Origin: Eledone cirrhosa
Lineage: Eukaryota
DNA length: 64,000 nt
Reading direction: 5' to 3'
Assembly: GCA_964016885.1 (NCBI GenBank)
Contig: OZ024741.1
Coordinates: 113,522,001-113,586,000 of the forward strand
Part shown: positions 40,891 through 54,394 of the stretch, piece after piece
Layout: every line of letters starts with the position of its first letter
Position numbering within the stretch: position 1 is the stretch's first letter
Notes under the pieces: model-generated
Database searches by the model: none
What the model was told of the DNA's origin: nothing
What the model saw: the letters and a program-made list of their open reading frames with translations, nothing else
Position numbers and translations under genes: made by a program

Positions 40891-41099
40891 AAGAGAGATG
40901 GTATGGGTTGAAGAGTGCTCCCCTACTGCAGTAGGAGCTATAAAAATCAGGATGGATTCTGTTAGAAACTGGTTAGACTATTACTCCCCAATGGCTTAGC
41001 ACTTGCTGTTTCAAAAGCTAGTTCCACACTACAGTTGTAGAGCACTATTCGACCTATTCCTATATCACTAATATAACATGTTTCATAATAGAGATGTAT

Positions 41100-42500
41100 A
41101 ATAACAATGATAATAATAATGATAATTAAAATTATTGTGTACTGTGCTCAGGTGAACTACAACTATCAAAAATGCATCTATAGTACATAGAATAATCTAC
41201 TTTTGGCACAAGGCCAGTAATTATCCCAGTGCATTACTGGTGCTTTATTTTATCGACCTCATAAGGACGAAGGGCAAAGTTAACCTCAGTAGGATTTGAA
41301 CTCAGACCATCAAGGGGTGTAACTCTATGCTGCAAAGCAAGGTGTCCGACCCTCTACCAATACTGCCAATCCACCATAGTACATAGAATAATATGCAAAA
41401 GTTAGGAAAGTGAACAGTGTATGTGTCATGATACACACACGTGTGCGTAGGTATGGAGGGGGAATATTAGGTGTAGTGTTGGTGAAATTTTGAGAACCAT
41501 GAAAGTTTTGAAGCTAACAACTGATGCAGGTAGTTTGTTCTATGCTCTAGCAACTCTGAGCATGAAAGAAAGTTTCCGAAAGTCATGGGAGCTGTATTGT
41601 TTCCTGATTTGGTAAACTGCAGACATATGGAATTCAAAAAGGTGCCCAGGGTGGTTGTTGGAAAGATAGTTAATAATCTTATGGGTGTCTACAAAGTCAG
41701 ATGCCAGATGTTGTAGCTTTAATGTATCCATGCACATGGAAGCAAAATGTTCAGAGTATGATAGATGCCTAATGGAGGGTATTCATTTGGCTGCATGTTT
41801 CTGAACAGTTTTCACATCAATATTCTAAGCAAGATAGGGATTCTAGACTGGTCATAGAAATTATAAGTGTAGATGCACAATAGCTATATACAGCTTTAAA
41901 TAGATAGCTGGAGAGTGGCTGACAAAGGTATTACTGAGTGATGCTAAGGCACCCTTGGCCTTCTCCACAATTTTAGAGATGTGCTTTGTCCAACACAAAT
42001 CGTTGTTGACAATAATGCCCAGGTCATGTTCACAAGAAGACTTCTTGAGATTGGTGTTGAGGTGGGATTATGTGAACTCTGGGTTTTTCCTCCAGAAATA
42101 CATTGTAGTACACTTGTCCACAGCTAGCTTGAGTTGCCAGTCCATAATCCATTGCTGCATTGTGTCCAGGTCTGAGTGCAGGAAAGATCTATAGTATACA
42201 GGATCTGTCCTTTTTATCTCAAGGTAAAGCTTGATGTCATCTAGATATTTCAGCACTGAAACAATCTTCAAGTTGGCATCTTTTTCATTAATATATGCAT
42301 CAAACAAAAGGGGACCAAGAACAAGTCCCTATAGTACACCATATGTCATCTAACAGGGTGAAGAATGCTGTCCTAGAACTGTGACTACCTCTTTTAGACT
42401 GAGAATGAAGGACTTCAACCAGATATAAAGATCATCTTTCACCCCCATTGCAGAGAGTTTTGCCATAAGTGGCACAGAACTAAAAGCTTTAGATATCCAC
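41100..42500 (-). mobile_element. Degenerate copy of the same CR1-like LINE
   Basis: Reverse complement matches 12500-13240; extends into RT (GLVLGPLLF, YLDDIKL, WQLKLAVDKC). Confidence 0.85.
41197..41376 (-). mobile_element. SINE group 2 inserted in a CR1-like LINE with a TSD
   Basis: Flanked on both sides by ATAGTACATAGAATAAT. Confidence 0.9.
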
Positions 42501-42729
42501 CCATGAGCCACCATCAGTGATTTGGGTAACATCTTCAATGATTAATAGCAGTCTAACCCATGCTAGCATGGAAAATGGACGTTAAACGAAGATGATGATG
42601 ATGATGATGATGATGATGTATATGAAAGCTTATACAACATATTGTATATGCTTTAATTATTATTGTTGGGGATGCTTGACTGGCAATATCGATAGAGCAT
42701 TAGACAATATGCTTTGCAAAATATAATTA

Positions 42730-43091
42730 TCATATTTCCCGGTTTCGAAGATGCTACTTTTTTCCTAAAATAAGTCTTAATAATCTACCATGCATCCCAG
42801 AGGCCAAAGGTTGTTTATTATTTTTTTGTATATTGGTGGTATTGGTAGAGAGTCAGACACCATGCTTTGCAGCATAGAGTTACGGCCCTTTAGGATCTGA
42901 GTTCAAATCCTGGCGAGGTTAACTTTGCCTTTCATCTTTACAGGGGTCGATAAAATAAAGCACCAGAAATACACTCGGATAACTGCTGGCCTTGTGCCAA
43001 AAGTAGAAACAATATTTTCTTTCAAATTTTTGGTTGTCAAGATTAGGATGCGTCCTCGAGGATGAAGCGTCTTTGACACTGGGAAATACGG
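42730..43091. mobile_element. Tc1/pogo-like MITE with a nested SINE
   Basis: TA|TCATATTTCCCGGTTTCGAAGATGC ... GCGTCTTTGACACTGGGAAATACGG|TA inverted termini. Confidence 0.6.
42833..43013 (+). mobile_element. SINE group 2
   Basis: A/B boxes and core as above. Confidence 0.85.
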
Positions 43092-43232
43092 TAGATCCTT
43101 AGTATATCTAGTCCATTAATTTCTCTGTGATGATCTCAGTTCACCCATGACACTTTTATTGAAATCCTTCAGAATCAATATTATCAGAATCAGATTTAAA
43201 AGTGCTGGATTCTGACACAACAGCCCTTCCAG

Positions 43233-43474
43233 GAGGAAGAAGAAGAAGAAGAAGAAGAAGAAGAAGAAGAAGAAGACTACCAGTACTGTCATCACCTTCA
43301 CCAAGAACACCTCTATCACCAATATAACCACCACCAATGCCATCATCAATACCACCATCACCACTATTACCAATATCAACACCAACATCATCAGCATTAT
43401 CATATTTATTGTTATCATCTTCATTACTACTGTCAATATCTTTCTACTACTACTACTACTACTACTACTACTGA

Positions 43475-43509
<35 letters not shown>

Positions 43510-43548
43510 CTACTACTACTACTACAACTACTGCTGCTGCTGCTGCTG

Positions 43549-43612
<64 letters not shown>
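43233..43612. repeat. Compound trinucleotide tract (GAA)n, (CAT/CAC)n, (CTA)n/(CTG)n
   Basis: Direct inspection; explains the poly-S/V/L/F ORFs. Confidence 0.95.
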
Positions 43613-43615
<3 letters not shown>

Positions 43616-44552
43616 TTATTGTTACTATAGCAATCAAAGTCACTTTCTTTCTCGACACTCACACACACAGTGATTTAAAAGTTACAATCAATGATTCTGC
43701 AAAACTGTTCAGACAAGTTGAAAGAGCAATCTTGTTTGTCTAGACTTCTAGTAATAAAATCTGACATAAAGTGTTTCCAACTCAACCACCACCACCACAA
43801 TAAATGAAAAATAATAATAGAAAACAGAAAATAAAGATGATAAAAAAATAGCACCAATATCAACAAGCAAGTGGTCCAGAAAAGGTTTAAATAAATTCAT
43901 TACGGTATTTATAATGATATTTCATCTTAACAGCTTCCCAACAAATTGCTAGGGTTGTCAGTTTGCGAGAATTTTTATTTTTTTTTTTGTATTTGTTGAT
44001 TTTTAATTTGATTTACTCATCAAATATTTTTTTCTTCTGCAGAGAACACAATGAGTAAAGGAATATAGGAATGTAGGAATATTATTAGAAACACCACTAC
44101 AGTATCATTGTCACAAATATATATATATTTCATTAGAAGTGATGTATATATAGTTTTCCTGAGTATAGCCCCTTAACTCTTTTGATACCAAACTGTCTGA
44201 AACTGCCTTTGGTTCTTCATCATCATCATCACCATATTATGTCCATTTCTCTAATACCCAGGGATGCCTATTGCATGTATACTACATAGTAAATTAGGTG
44301 ATAGCTAATAAATTTTCACTCCAAACCACCTGCAACTGCAAATGGTTCTATAATACAAAACTGTTTATTTTAAAGTGTTTATATTTATCTAAAAACCTTC
44401 CATCATAGTTTTATTTAAGATTCTTTGTTAAGTTATGTTTCAAACACCAGTTTAAGAATTAGAAAGTTAGTTGCATTACTAAATCTCTCTAAATTCCTGA
44501 TTATTTTCAAAAGTGTTTGAAAATCAGTGTTTTTTTTTCTTTTTATTAGAAA

Positions 44553-45205
44553 TCTCTATATATAAAGTTGTAGTTCCTGTCTGTTTGTTTGTTTGATTGT
44601 TCACAAACTCCTCCTATGGTTTTGGAGATAGACCCCCATAACCATATATATTCTGAAACTACATTGCCCAGGGTACTTCGATAATTATATTTCATTTTAA
44701 TGAAAGGGTTCCCCAGAGGAACAAACCCCTGCTGAAAATTTTTTGCCTTTGATTTAATCATAGGTAAATTGACAAGATATGATGCCTATTCACAACCTTT
44801 CAGCAAATTTCAATAATATTAAGACACCCTAATGGGAGTTAAACCCCCTATTAAGGTTCCCCAGGGGCATAAACTCCCACTGAAAATTTTTTCCTTTCGA
44901 TTTATATGAAATTTAAACCATAGGTAAATGACAAGATATGATGCCTATTCACAAAAGTTTTGAATTGATATTTTGAAAAAAATTATTTACAAGACACAAA
45001 ACAAGAATAGGATTTAATAATGTAATTTTGATTTGATATATTACAAAATATAATTTTTCCAATTTTTCATGCATTACATTTTACATTGAGTAATATTGAA
45101 ATGCAGAGATTTTCTCAATAAATTATATCACTGATTTAAAATCAATCATCATTTTCTTTTAAAAAAAATGTGTGAAACGCAGCACGGCATGGGTAATTCG
45201 GCTAG
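44553..45205 (+). mobile_element. Non-autonomous Helitron
   Basis: A|TCTCTATATATAAAG start; GCACGGCATGGGTAATTCGGCTAG|T end; internal ~90-bp direct repeat. Confidence 0.75.
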
Positions 45206-46734
45206 TATAGTAATAAAAAATATTAAACGTATTTGACTTTTGAACTAGAACAAAAGGATGTTATGTGGAAACTTGGATTTGTGGTAATTATATATTAATT
45301 AAATATAACTATCCTGTTTTTGATTTTGTTACTTAGGCTGATAATATGCCTAGACCAGGTACAAAATGTAGATACATATTTCAAACTGCTCTTTTAAAGT
45401 GGATCAAAAGGATCATGATATATACATTGTTTGGGGTTCTAGAGATTCTATCCATCATAGTCCTTATAAAGGTTTCTAATTTAAGCACACAGCCAGCAAT
45501 TTTGAGTGAGTAGATTGATGAATGGTGGGCAAAGAAATGTCAATTAATCCCAGAGGAAGGCCAAGAAAGACCTGGGCAGATGTGTTGAGAACTGATCTCA
45601 GATCAGTAAAGGTCACAGTGGAGATGACAATGCTGTACTGAAAAAGATCCATCCAACCCATGGATGTTATGATGATGATGATGGTGTTGCTGGTCACAAC
45701 AATGATGTTAACGATGATTGTATAATTATAGTGGTGATGGTGGTGGTGGTTGTGTTGATGAAGACAGTGATAGTGATGAGGATGATGGTAATGATATTGA
45801 TGGTAGTGGTGGTTATTTCTTATATTGCTACAAGAACACATGGTTATAGGGAAAAGGAGTTGGTAGCAGTTGTTACCAGTACATATCTGTTAATATGCTA
45901 CTTTATAAATCCTGGAGTAATGTAAATCAAAGATAATCCCAACAGGATTTCAATTTATAACGTTGAGTAATGGAAATAAGCAGTGTTAAATACTGGATTA
46001 AGTGCATTGTATAATTAACAGAGTTGTTAGAACATTGGATATAATGCTTTGAGTATTTGTTGAGGTTCCCTGTATTCCCAGTTGAAATCCTGCCAAGATA
46101 AACTTTGCCTTTCATACTTGGAAGGTCAATGAAAGAATCACTCTTTCAGTCAAGTACTGGGATCAATTCTGCCTCTATATTTCCTTCTCATTTTCTCTCT
46201 ATCAGTCTCTATCTTTCCTTCTCTAAAAGAAATTTGCTGTGTTCTTACCTCAAATAGAGATGGGCTCCACAGGTTTTAAATGCCCGAGAGATGCTGTATG
46301 CCAACACAACACCATTGTGAGTCCATCATGAGTACACATACAAGATACATATAAATACTTAATTCAGTACCTTGTAACTTCTCTAATATTGCACAACAAT
46401 TAACAACAGCTGCAAATAAACAAGTGATACTCTGTGACTAGCTAGACATAGTACCAAATCACACTCAAATTATACTTTACTCTTTTAATAAAGAAGGACA
46501 CATTGGAAAATGTAGTGCAGTGATACTCACTGTGGTCATATCTCTAACTTGCCAGAAATCAGCTGCCAAATCACCCTCTAATAATACCTTACTCTTTTAA
46601 AAAATAAAGGACATATTAGATAAAGTAGAGCACTACCTAAAAAGAAAAGAGACTGGATGGTCACAGCTAGAATACCTCTGACAATAGACCTGATGGATCA
46701 GCACTGACCTGGGGCTAAATTTTTATAACTTTTT

Positions 46735-46940
46735 CTAACATTGACACAGAGCCAGCAAATTGGGGGTAACAAAAAGTCGATTATATCAACTCCACTGCTT
46801 AAATGGTATTTTATTTTATTGCCCTCAGGAAAATGAAAAGCAAAGTTGACCTCAGCAGGATTTGAACTCATAGAAAATCAAGGCTAAAACCCTTCAAATA
46901 ATTTTGTGTGGTGCTCTACCGTTGCTACCGATCCACTGGC
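46735..46940 (-). mobile_element. Old SINE group 2
   Basis: GAAAGCAAAGTTGACCTCAGCAGGATTTGAACTC block. Confidence 0.7.
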
Positions 46941-47769
46941 CTAAATTGTAATAATAAAAGAATCGTTGTTTTGACTTGCTAGAAATAACAGTCAAATTTC
47001 CTTCAAATTGTACCCTACCATCTTTCAGAAAATAAAGAGGGACATATTAGATAATGTATTACTAGATACACTGTGCCTGAAAAACAAAAGACAGGATGTT
47101 ACATTTGAAGTATCTTTGTTTGTAGTTCTCCATCAAGGCTCATCTAAAGCAATAATAAAAATAATGTAGCAGATGTTGTACTCATGCACAGGGATCTTAT
47201 AAAATAGGGTGAAGACTCTTAAAAGGTTGATAAAGAAGTTGCCATCGTTTGCTATGAGGAATTGAACCCTATATCTACCAGATACCTGCCAATAGCAACT
47301 TCTTTTTCCATCTTTCAAGGATCTTCACTCCATATTATAAGCTGTTTGTCCATAAGCACACCATCAATTACATTATCTCCATATTCTCAGTGCTTCAAAG
47401 TCTGTCAGATTGGGTCCATATATAGATGGAATAATAAAAATATTTGTTTTTATTGCCACAATGCCACATAAGGAAGGAGTGTGTTGAAATCAAACCTAAA
47501 ACCTCATGAATACAAAGCAAACAACTTAAAACAATAGGACAAGCTGGACATCCACACATTTTCACCCACAAATCTTGGGTTGATATGAACATGTGGTAAC
47601 ACTTGCTCAAGATGCCACACAATGGGATTGAACCTAAGATCATGATTGTGAAGCAAACTACCTAAAATTATGACAAGCTCAGCTTATACATTTTAAGCCA
47701 GTAAATAATTACAGGTACAAGCCAATTGATGGGCTTCCACACAGTTTCACCCACCCCCATCCTTCTTCT

Positions 47770-48180
47770 TCTGCTTCTAAGCCCATTTATTCCTAGGAAG
47801 ACCATGGGGGAAGTCCTAAACTACTCCTTCCAGTGGGTTCTGTCAAAAGTAATCATCTCCAATTGATCTGGCTGGATCTCCAAGCGAGACCAGCCAAGCT
47901 CCTAAATGTTATCCAACCATCTTGCTCAGTGTCTACCCCTGGTTCTCCTGCCATTTGGTTGTCCCAAGATGTTTTTCTGAGACATTCTAACCAAATGTCT
48001 GTAATATTGGAGCTGTGATCTCTCAATTCGGAGAATTGCGGCTCAACTTGAAATGTCTCTCTGATCTCTGAGCTATGCACTCTATCAAGTAACATTACTC
48101 CACAGACCTTCAGAAAAACCACATTTTGGCTGCTTGTGTTCACGATCATATTCTTTTGGTTTTTACCTAAGATTCATGAC
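47770..48180 (-). mobile_element. Old RTE-type LINE 3' fragment
   Basis: Decayed translation FLKVCGVMLLDRVHSSEIRETFQVEP, typical of RTE/Rex3 C-termini. Confidence 0.6.
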
Positions 48181-48922
48181 AAGAGGTAAAGGCATCCAAA
48201 GTTAAGACATGGGAGAACTTTGGGGTTAGCTGGAATCTGACATCAGATCACACAGTTTAAATGTACTCAATTTTACTCACAAGCTCAGGCCTGTATTTTA
48301 AGAGCAGTAAACAATTACAGGTACAAGCCTTATAAAAGGCTTCCACACAGTTTCTGTCTAACAAATGTTACTCAAAGCTATAGTAAAAGAAAGACACTTG
48401 CCCAATATGCCACACAAGGGGATTGAACCTGAGACTTTATAATTGTGAAGAGAACTACTTACAACAATGTGACAAGGCCATAACTATATATTACGACCAA
48501 CAAACAAAACAATATAAAGAATCGATTACATTGAACCAACCACTTGTATCAGTGAACACCAATTCTAAATTCTAAAACCACAATCAGTAGTTATTTCTTA
48601 AACATCAAGAGATATGATTGCACAACGAAAATGTTAAATATATATATTTTTTTTTATAAGCAACCAGCTATAACGTTAAAGAAATGTATAAGAAATAGAT
48701 AAATAAAAGAAAAGATTTATTATACTATAATCAATAAGATAAAACTCTATTCCAGACATATTCCAATTATGAATTATACCCTACAGAGATAATTTTGCTT
48801 ACATACATAGAATGATAGGTAAGTATATAAGTAAATGCACATAAACATTTAAACATATATACACACATGTAAAATGATGACGATTATATTTTTATGTGCT
48901 CACACACGCATCTAGGAATATA

Positions 48923-49795
48923 TGGAAGAAGTTCAGGGAGCTACTGCCACTGCTAGCTGCAAAAGGCTTTTCCCTCAAAATGAAAGGCAGACTGTATGAT
49001 GCATGTATATGAACAGCAATGTTACATGGTAGTGAGACCTGGGCGCTGAAGGTGGAAGACTTACATAGATTAGAAAGAAACGAAGCCTGCATGCTCCGAT
49101 GGATGTGTAATAGTAATAAACGCGAATGGCAAAGCCTAAATGAATTGAGAGAGAGACTGAACATAAGAGGAATCAAATGATGTGTGCAGGAGAGGCGGTT
49201 GCGTTGGTATGGACATGTGATGCGTATGAAGGATGACAGCTGCATAAAAAGGTGCAGAGCACTAGAAGTCAATGGAAACCGCGGAGTGGGAGACCTAATA
49301 AGAACTGGGATGAGGTGATAAAAGCCGACCTTACCCAATTACACCTCTCAAAGGCGATGACACACGACTGTCACCTCTGGCGTCACGCAGTAATACAGAG
49401 TACCCGACCTACCACAGGTACAAGCCGAAGCTGAAGCATATAGACAATATGCCCCCACACCCTCCCACTGCAAAGTGGTCGTGGGGGTGCTACAGCAAAA
49501 AAGCACTCAGCACTCACTGTAAATGAGGTTGGTGTTAGGAAGGGCATCCAGCTGTAGAAATCAAGCCAGAATCAGTTCCTGTATGAGCAAGTCAAGGCCG
49601 ACCAGACACTGCCCACAACAGGACAACCCGTCTAACCCATGCTAGTGGAGGTGTCACGGAAAAAAGCACCCAGCCCTCACTCTAAATGAGGTTGGTGTTA
49701 GGAAGGGCATCCAGCTGTAGAAATCAAGCCAGAATCAGTTCCATCCCACCCTTGCAAGCAGGGAAAAGCAGACGTAAAATGATGATGATGATGAT
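48923..49795 (+). mobile_element. RTE family A 3' end with a duplicated 3' UTR segment
   Basis: Begins at WKKFRELLPLLAAK-coding DNA; the 3' UTR block AATGAGGTTGGTGTTAGGAAGGGCATCCAGC occurs twice; (ATG)n tail. Confidence 0.9.
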
Positions 49796-49859
49796 TATAT
49801 ATATATATATATCATATACGATATTAAATAAATGGAAACTATATTTATAAAACCATATT

Positions 49860-49924
49860 TATTTCATTATACATATTTCAGCGATACCAAATTAAAATAT
49901 GGTATGCCTTCATCAGACAAAATA
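49860..49924 (-). ncRNA. Mirror copy of the hammerhead motif
   Basis: Reverse complement of 50078-50142 with one extra stem II mismatch (TGGTATCGCT). Confidence 0.6.
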
Positions 49925-50077
49925 CAATATATAAACAGTTTTATAAATAATTTTGACGTACCCTATTAGATGCAACCATTATTTTTGGAAGCTATCCAGA
50001 CAGCTTCCCAAAATAATGGTTGCATCTAATAGGGTACGTCAAAATTATTTATAAAACTGTTTATATATGTTTATATG

Positions 50078-50142
50078 TATTTTGTCTGATGAAGGCATAC
50101 CATATTTTAATTTGGTATCCCTGAAATATGTATAATGAAATA
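50078..50142 (+). ncRNA. Minimal type I hammerhead ribozyme motif
   Basis: Stem I TATTTTGT/ATGAAATA (8 bp, 2 GU); CTGATGA 50086-92; stem II AGGCATACCA/TGGTATCCCT (9 of 10 pair); GAAA 50123-26; short stem III; UA cleavage site at 50133-34. Confidence 0.7.
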
Positions 50143-50279
50143 AATATGGTTTTATAAATATAGTTTCCATTTATTTAATATCGTATATCTACTCCAAAAA
50201 CTTGTCGAGTGCTTTATATCAGTTATAAAATATTTAATTGTTGTATCCCAACAATTTTAAATTGAACTTTTGCATATAT

Positions 50280-50343
<64 letters not shown>

Positions 50344-51681
50344 TCACCATCATCATCATCATCAACACCATTTAATGTCTATTTTTTCATGCTTGCATGG
50401 GTTAGATGGGTCACCCACATCATGAGACAAGTCTGGCATACATATAAATATTGGATATGTGTATAGATATATGTATATGTTTTTATATGTATATGTGTGT
50501 GAACATGTAAATATCAGTGCAAGGTACGGCATGGTCAATTCTGGCAAGACTTGTCTCCCGACGTGGGATGACCTGTCTACCCATGCAAGCATGGAAAAAT
50601 GGATACTAAATGGTCATACACACACATACACACACACACATATGTGTGTGTGTATGTATGTATACATATCACCATCATCGTTTTATGTCCACTTTCCAAA
50701 CTGGCATGGGTTGGATGGGATGTCAAAATCCATAACTAGATGTGTCGAAGCTGCCTCATCTTGATCCTTACAGTCCATATTTTGACATAGTTTCCACAGT
50801 TGGATGCTCTTCCTTATGCCAAGCACCTTATAGACTGGACTTTAGAATCTTATCATGGCACCAATACTAACACATCTATAGGTCTATCATTTCTGTTATC
50901 AGCATATGGGAGTTCTCATAGACAACCAGTTTGAAATTCCTCTGATGTAGCCTGACAGATCATATAAACATGATGATGATATAAAAGTGTAAACAGACAG
51001 ATAAATATATTTTATAAAATTTATATTTGTTTGTTTGTATAAATATTTGACTTAGAACTGCATTACTTAAAGTTTCACAATAGTGAGAAAATCATTGGCT
51101 GTATCTTTCATTTGAAATATAGTAATGAAAGGGTTAAACATTTAGCCATGTTTGTGTGTTGTGTATATGAAAACAAATTACAATTTTGTAACAAACAAGA
51201 CTTCATAAAACAGAATTATTTGTAACAGTTATCACTGCTTTGTAATTGTCTTTTATATTCTGTTTTCTTAATTTATATGCTTTTTGCTAAAGTTTGGACT
51301 TACAGACCTCAAACACATGAAATACATGTTTCTAAAACTTTACTTTCTTTCACTGTGTAGTTTTTTGATCCTTTGCCATATTTGGCTATTTTCTGGCAAA
51401 AGAACTTCCTGTGTTCTTAGAAATGTTTTTGCCAGCCAGTATGTCTCTTTGTATTCCTGACCAATTCTAAATCAGCATCTTTCAAGTAATGTTATGAGAA
51501 GGTTCTTGAAATCTATATCCTAGCCAGAATGTCTTTGTTATAGTCTAATAAACAGTTCTCAGTTTTGTTATTTCTCTCTCTTTATGTAATTCCACAAGGT
51601 AAGTTACATTGAGGTTATTTCAACCAGTATAGTTTAAAGATAATTCAGAGTGTTCAATCAAATAACATATCTTAACTTTAA

Positions 51682-51918
51682 CCCTTTCATGACCATAATT
51701 CTCATAAAAACATTGCCTATGATTTTCAGATCATTTTAAAAATAATCAAGAATGTGAAAAAAGTTTGTAATGTAACTTTCTCATCATTAAGCTAGTGTTT
51801 GCATCTTACTTTAAAATTATGATAGAAGGTTTTTAGATAAATATAAATACTTTAAAACAAATGGTTTCTATGGTAGAACCGGGGGCAATTTCAGGCAGCT
51901 AAATCAGAATTAAAAGGG
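51682..51918. mobile_element. piggyBac-like MITE
   Basis: TTAA|CCCTTT...AAAGGG|TTTA termini; related bodies at ~8370-8617, 44175-44550, 56145-56340, 57912-58070 and 60620-61151. Confidence 0.7.
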
Positions 51919-51929
51919 TTTAGAGTAAA

Positions 51930-52500
51930 TTTTGGAAAAACCAAAGTTTGATAGGTAGGAAAGAAGACAGGACCCTCACCCCATCAGGGAAGTAGCTTTT
52001 CCCAATATGTGGAAAAGAAGTAGGTAGAAACTCTGTATCATGTACACAATGTAAATCTTGGGTACATAAGAAGTTTAGTAGAATAAGAGTCAGACTAACA
52101 GAAAAGTTAGGCATTGAATGTAGCAGATGCATAGGGACAGTTGATAGTAAGAACATCAGTGAAGGATCTGTAGAAGTGGTTGATAGCTTCTGCTACTTAG
52201 ATGATCTAATTAATAGTGGAGGAGATGCTCTAAGAGCATAGTAATAAGAGCAGGATGGAAAACGTTCAGGGAGTTACAACCTCTGTTAACAACAAAAGGT
52301 TTCTCTCTACAAATGAAAGGCCAGTGTTATGATGCCTGTGTGATGAGGCAGAGGATATGTGATAGCTGGAAAGAAATGAAGTGAAAATACTTTGATGGAT
52401 GCACAAATTAATATGCATGAATGACAAAGCATGAATAAACTGAGAGAAAAGCTGTTATAAGAGGAATCAGATGTAGTGTACGTGAAAGAAGACTGCACTA
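51930..52500 (+). mobile_element. Old degenerate RTE family A fragment
   Basis: Decayed PSGK..C..C.K.VGRNS and VDSFCYL coding DNA with stops. Confidence 0.75.
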
Positions 52501-52819
52501 TATATGTATGCATGCATATACACACATATATATATATACACACATACATATATATGTACATACATGCAAACATACACACATACATATATATTTATATATA
52601 TATACATAGATAGATGGATACATACTTAGACACACATATATAAATAGATAGATGCATGCATGCATAGATAGATAGCTGCATTCATGAATACATTTTTATC
52701 TTGTTCCTGTCCTTATTGACGATAGGGACACACATTATGACATCTTCTTTGGCACCTTTCCACTTACTAGACAAGTTCCACCTTTGAAAGAATTCAGCCA
52801 TTTTTTGTCTACTTCCTCC

Positions 52820-53085
52820 AGGCGCACGGCCTAGTGGTAAAGGTGCTGGACTTACTATCATGACGCCGCGGGTTTGATTTCTGTGTTGGGTTGCATGTTG
52901 TGTTCTTGAGCAAAACACTTCATTTCACATTGCTCCAGTATACTCAGCAGAAAATGAGTACCAGCAATAGCAGAGGGTTAAGCCCTGTGATGGTCTGGCA
53001 TCCTGTCCAGAGGGGTCTCTTGTACTCCCAGTCATTCACGCCACGAAACAGGGATAAGCACCAGCCTAACATGCCTTAAATAGCT
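52820..53085 (+). mobile_element. tRNA-derived SINE (group 1)
   Basis: GGCCTAGTGG A box; GGTTTGATTTC B box; same central block as 4330 but a different 3' part. Confidence 0.8.
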
Positions 53086-53300
53086 TAAGACAGACTTTAG
53101 ACTTTCTCCAGGCACTGCAAGTGGTCTGCAATTAGTTTGTGCCATGTTAAGATGTTGAAACCAAAGGCATTCAGATCATTTTTAATGCAGTCTACATGCA
53201 TACATACAACCACACATACACACACATACACACACATATACACACATACAGACATACATACACATACATATATGCATGCATGTATGCATGCATGTATGCA

Positions 53301-53612
53301 TGATGGTTGCCCCCTCATTATCGAGTATGGCCATTGCACAATATAACATTATTAATAATTATCAATTAATTCTATCGTGCAATGCCCATGTGTAAATATT
53401 TTTTTTAAAGTGAGCCAATCTCACTCTTTGAGTGACAGTAGCTATAACCCGAAAAGAAGAAAAGATCAACATCATCAGTAACTACTGAGCCACAGGTTTT
53501 ATATCAAAGTTATCCCAGTTTCCTGAGATGCCCTGACAAAGGCTAGGGGTTCTTCACTCCCAGTGGTTTAACCGTGCGATTGAGCATCCAGCCCGATTAT
53601 TTTTATGTCTCC
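53301..53612. repeat. Dispersed repeat of unknown class (copy 2)
   Basis: GATGGTTGCCCCCTCATTATCGAGTATGGCCATTGCAC... matches 24865-25215. Confidence 0.85.
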
Positions 53613-54394
53613 GCACATATACACACATATGAATACATGTATATACATATATACATACATGCATATATACATATGTATATACATATTTATACACTTTTGG
53701 ATGGCCATTGACTTTTATGAGTCCTTCTGCCCTTGTCAAGTTTTGTTTTTTGTCCTGCAGGGTGTCCAAAATCACCCTCCTCACCAAGTAAACTTGGTGG
53801 AGTTGTTGGTTTAGTCGCCGACAACCCAACCATGTGACAGGTTGACTGGGTTACATGTTACCAGTAGAACTCAAGAGTGACCCGACGTACATACATACAT
53901 ACTTACATACATAGACAGACAAATCAAATTTGTTGCTTTTATTTAGAATGTATAACTGTTGTGGTTATTGCCATGGTTACTCTCCAGCATTACAGTCTAA
54001 CTCCACAAACTGCTGGCTTTATGTTGTTCTAGTCCTCTTCTGACCAGATTTGAGCATCTGTTCTTCCCTTCTTGTGGAAAGATCATGTTTCACTGGTCAG
54101 ATGGTCCATCTGTCAGAAACAACTACAACATGGGAGACTAGGCATTCCATAGCTGAGATTCAACATTTTCAATTGCTGGACATAATATTTTTTGCCCAAT
54201 ATATTTCATTATGATATTTCAAGGAAAATATCTTCTTTTCATTAAAAAACAAATTTATTTGTTTTGTTTTATTTGTCATTCTTTACTCCAACACCACCTT
54301 TATATATATTTCTATTCACTTTGTACTGACTTTCTGAAGTTGTTATCATTTAGCACATATCTCACAATGCTTTATATTAACTATACTGCTTTAT

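Larger units (their letters stand above)
49814..50188. repeat. ~375-bp fold-back palindrome (Penelope-like terminal repeat remnant)
   Basis: Arms of ~185 bp are near-perfect reverse complements around ~49997; each arm carries a hammerhead motif. Confidence 0.92.

Noticed and set aside
43116-43743. Long ORFs rich in S, V, L and F
   Set aside because: They are translations of trinucleotide microsatellites.
47310-47400. GSSLHII as the next aminopeptidase exon (GAS..RM)
   Set aside because: No AG in phase 0 before GGA, and the downstream sequence is not M1-like.
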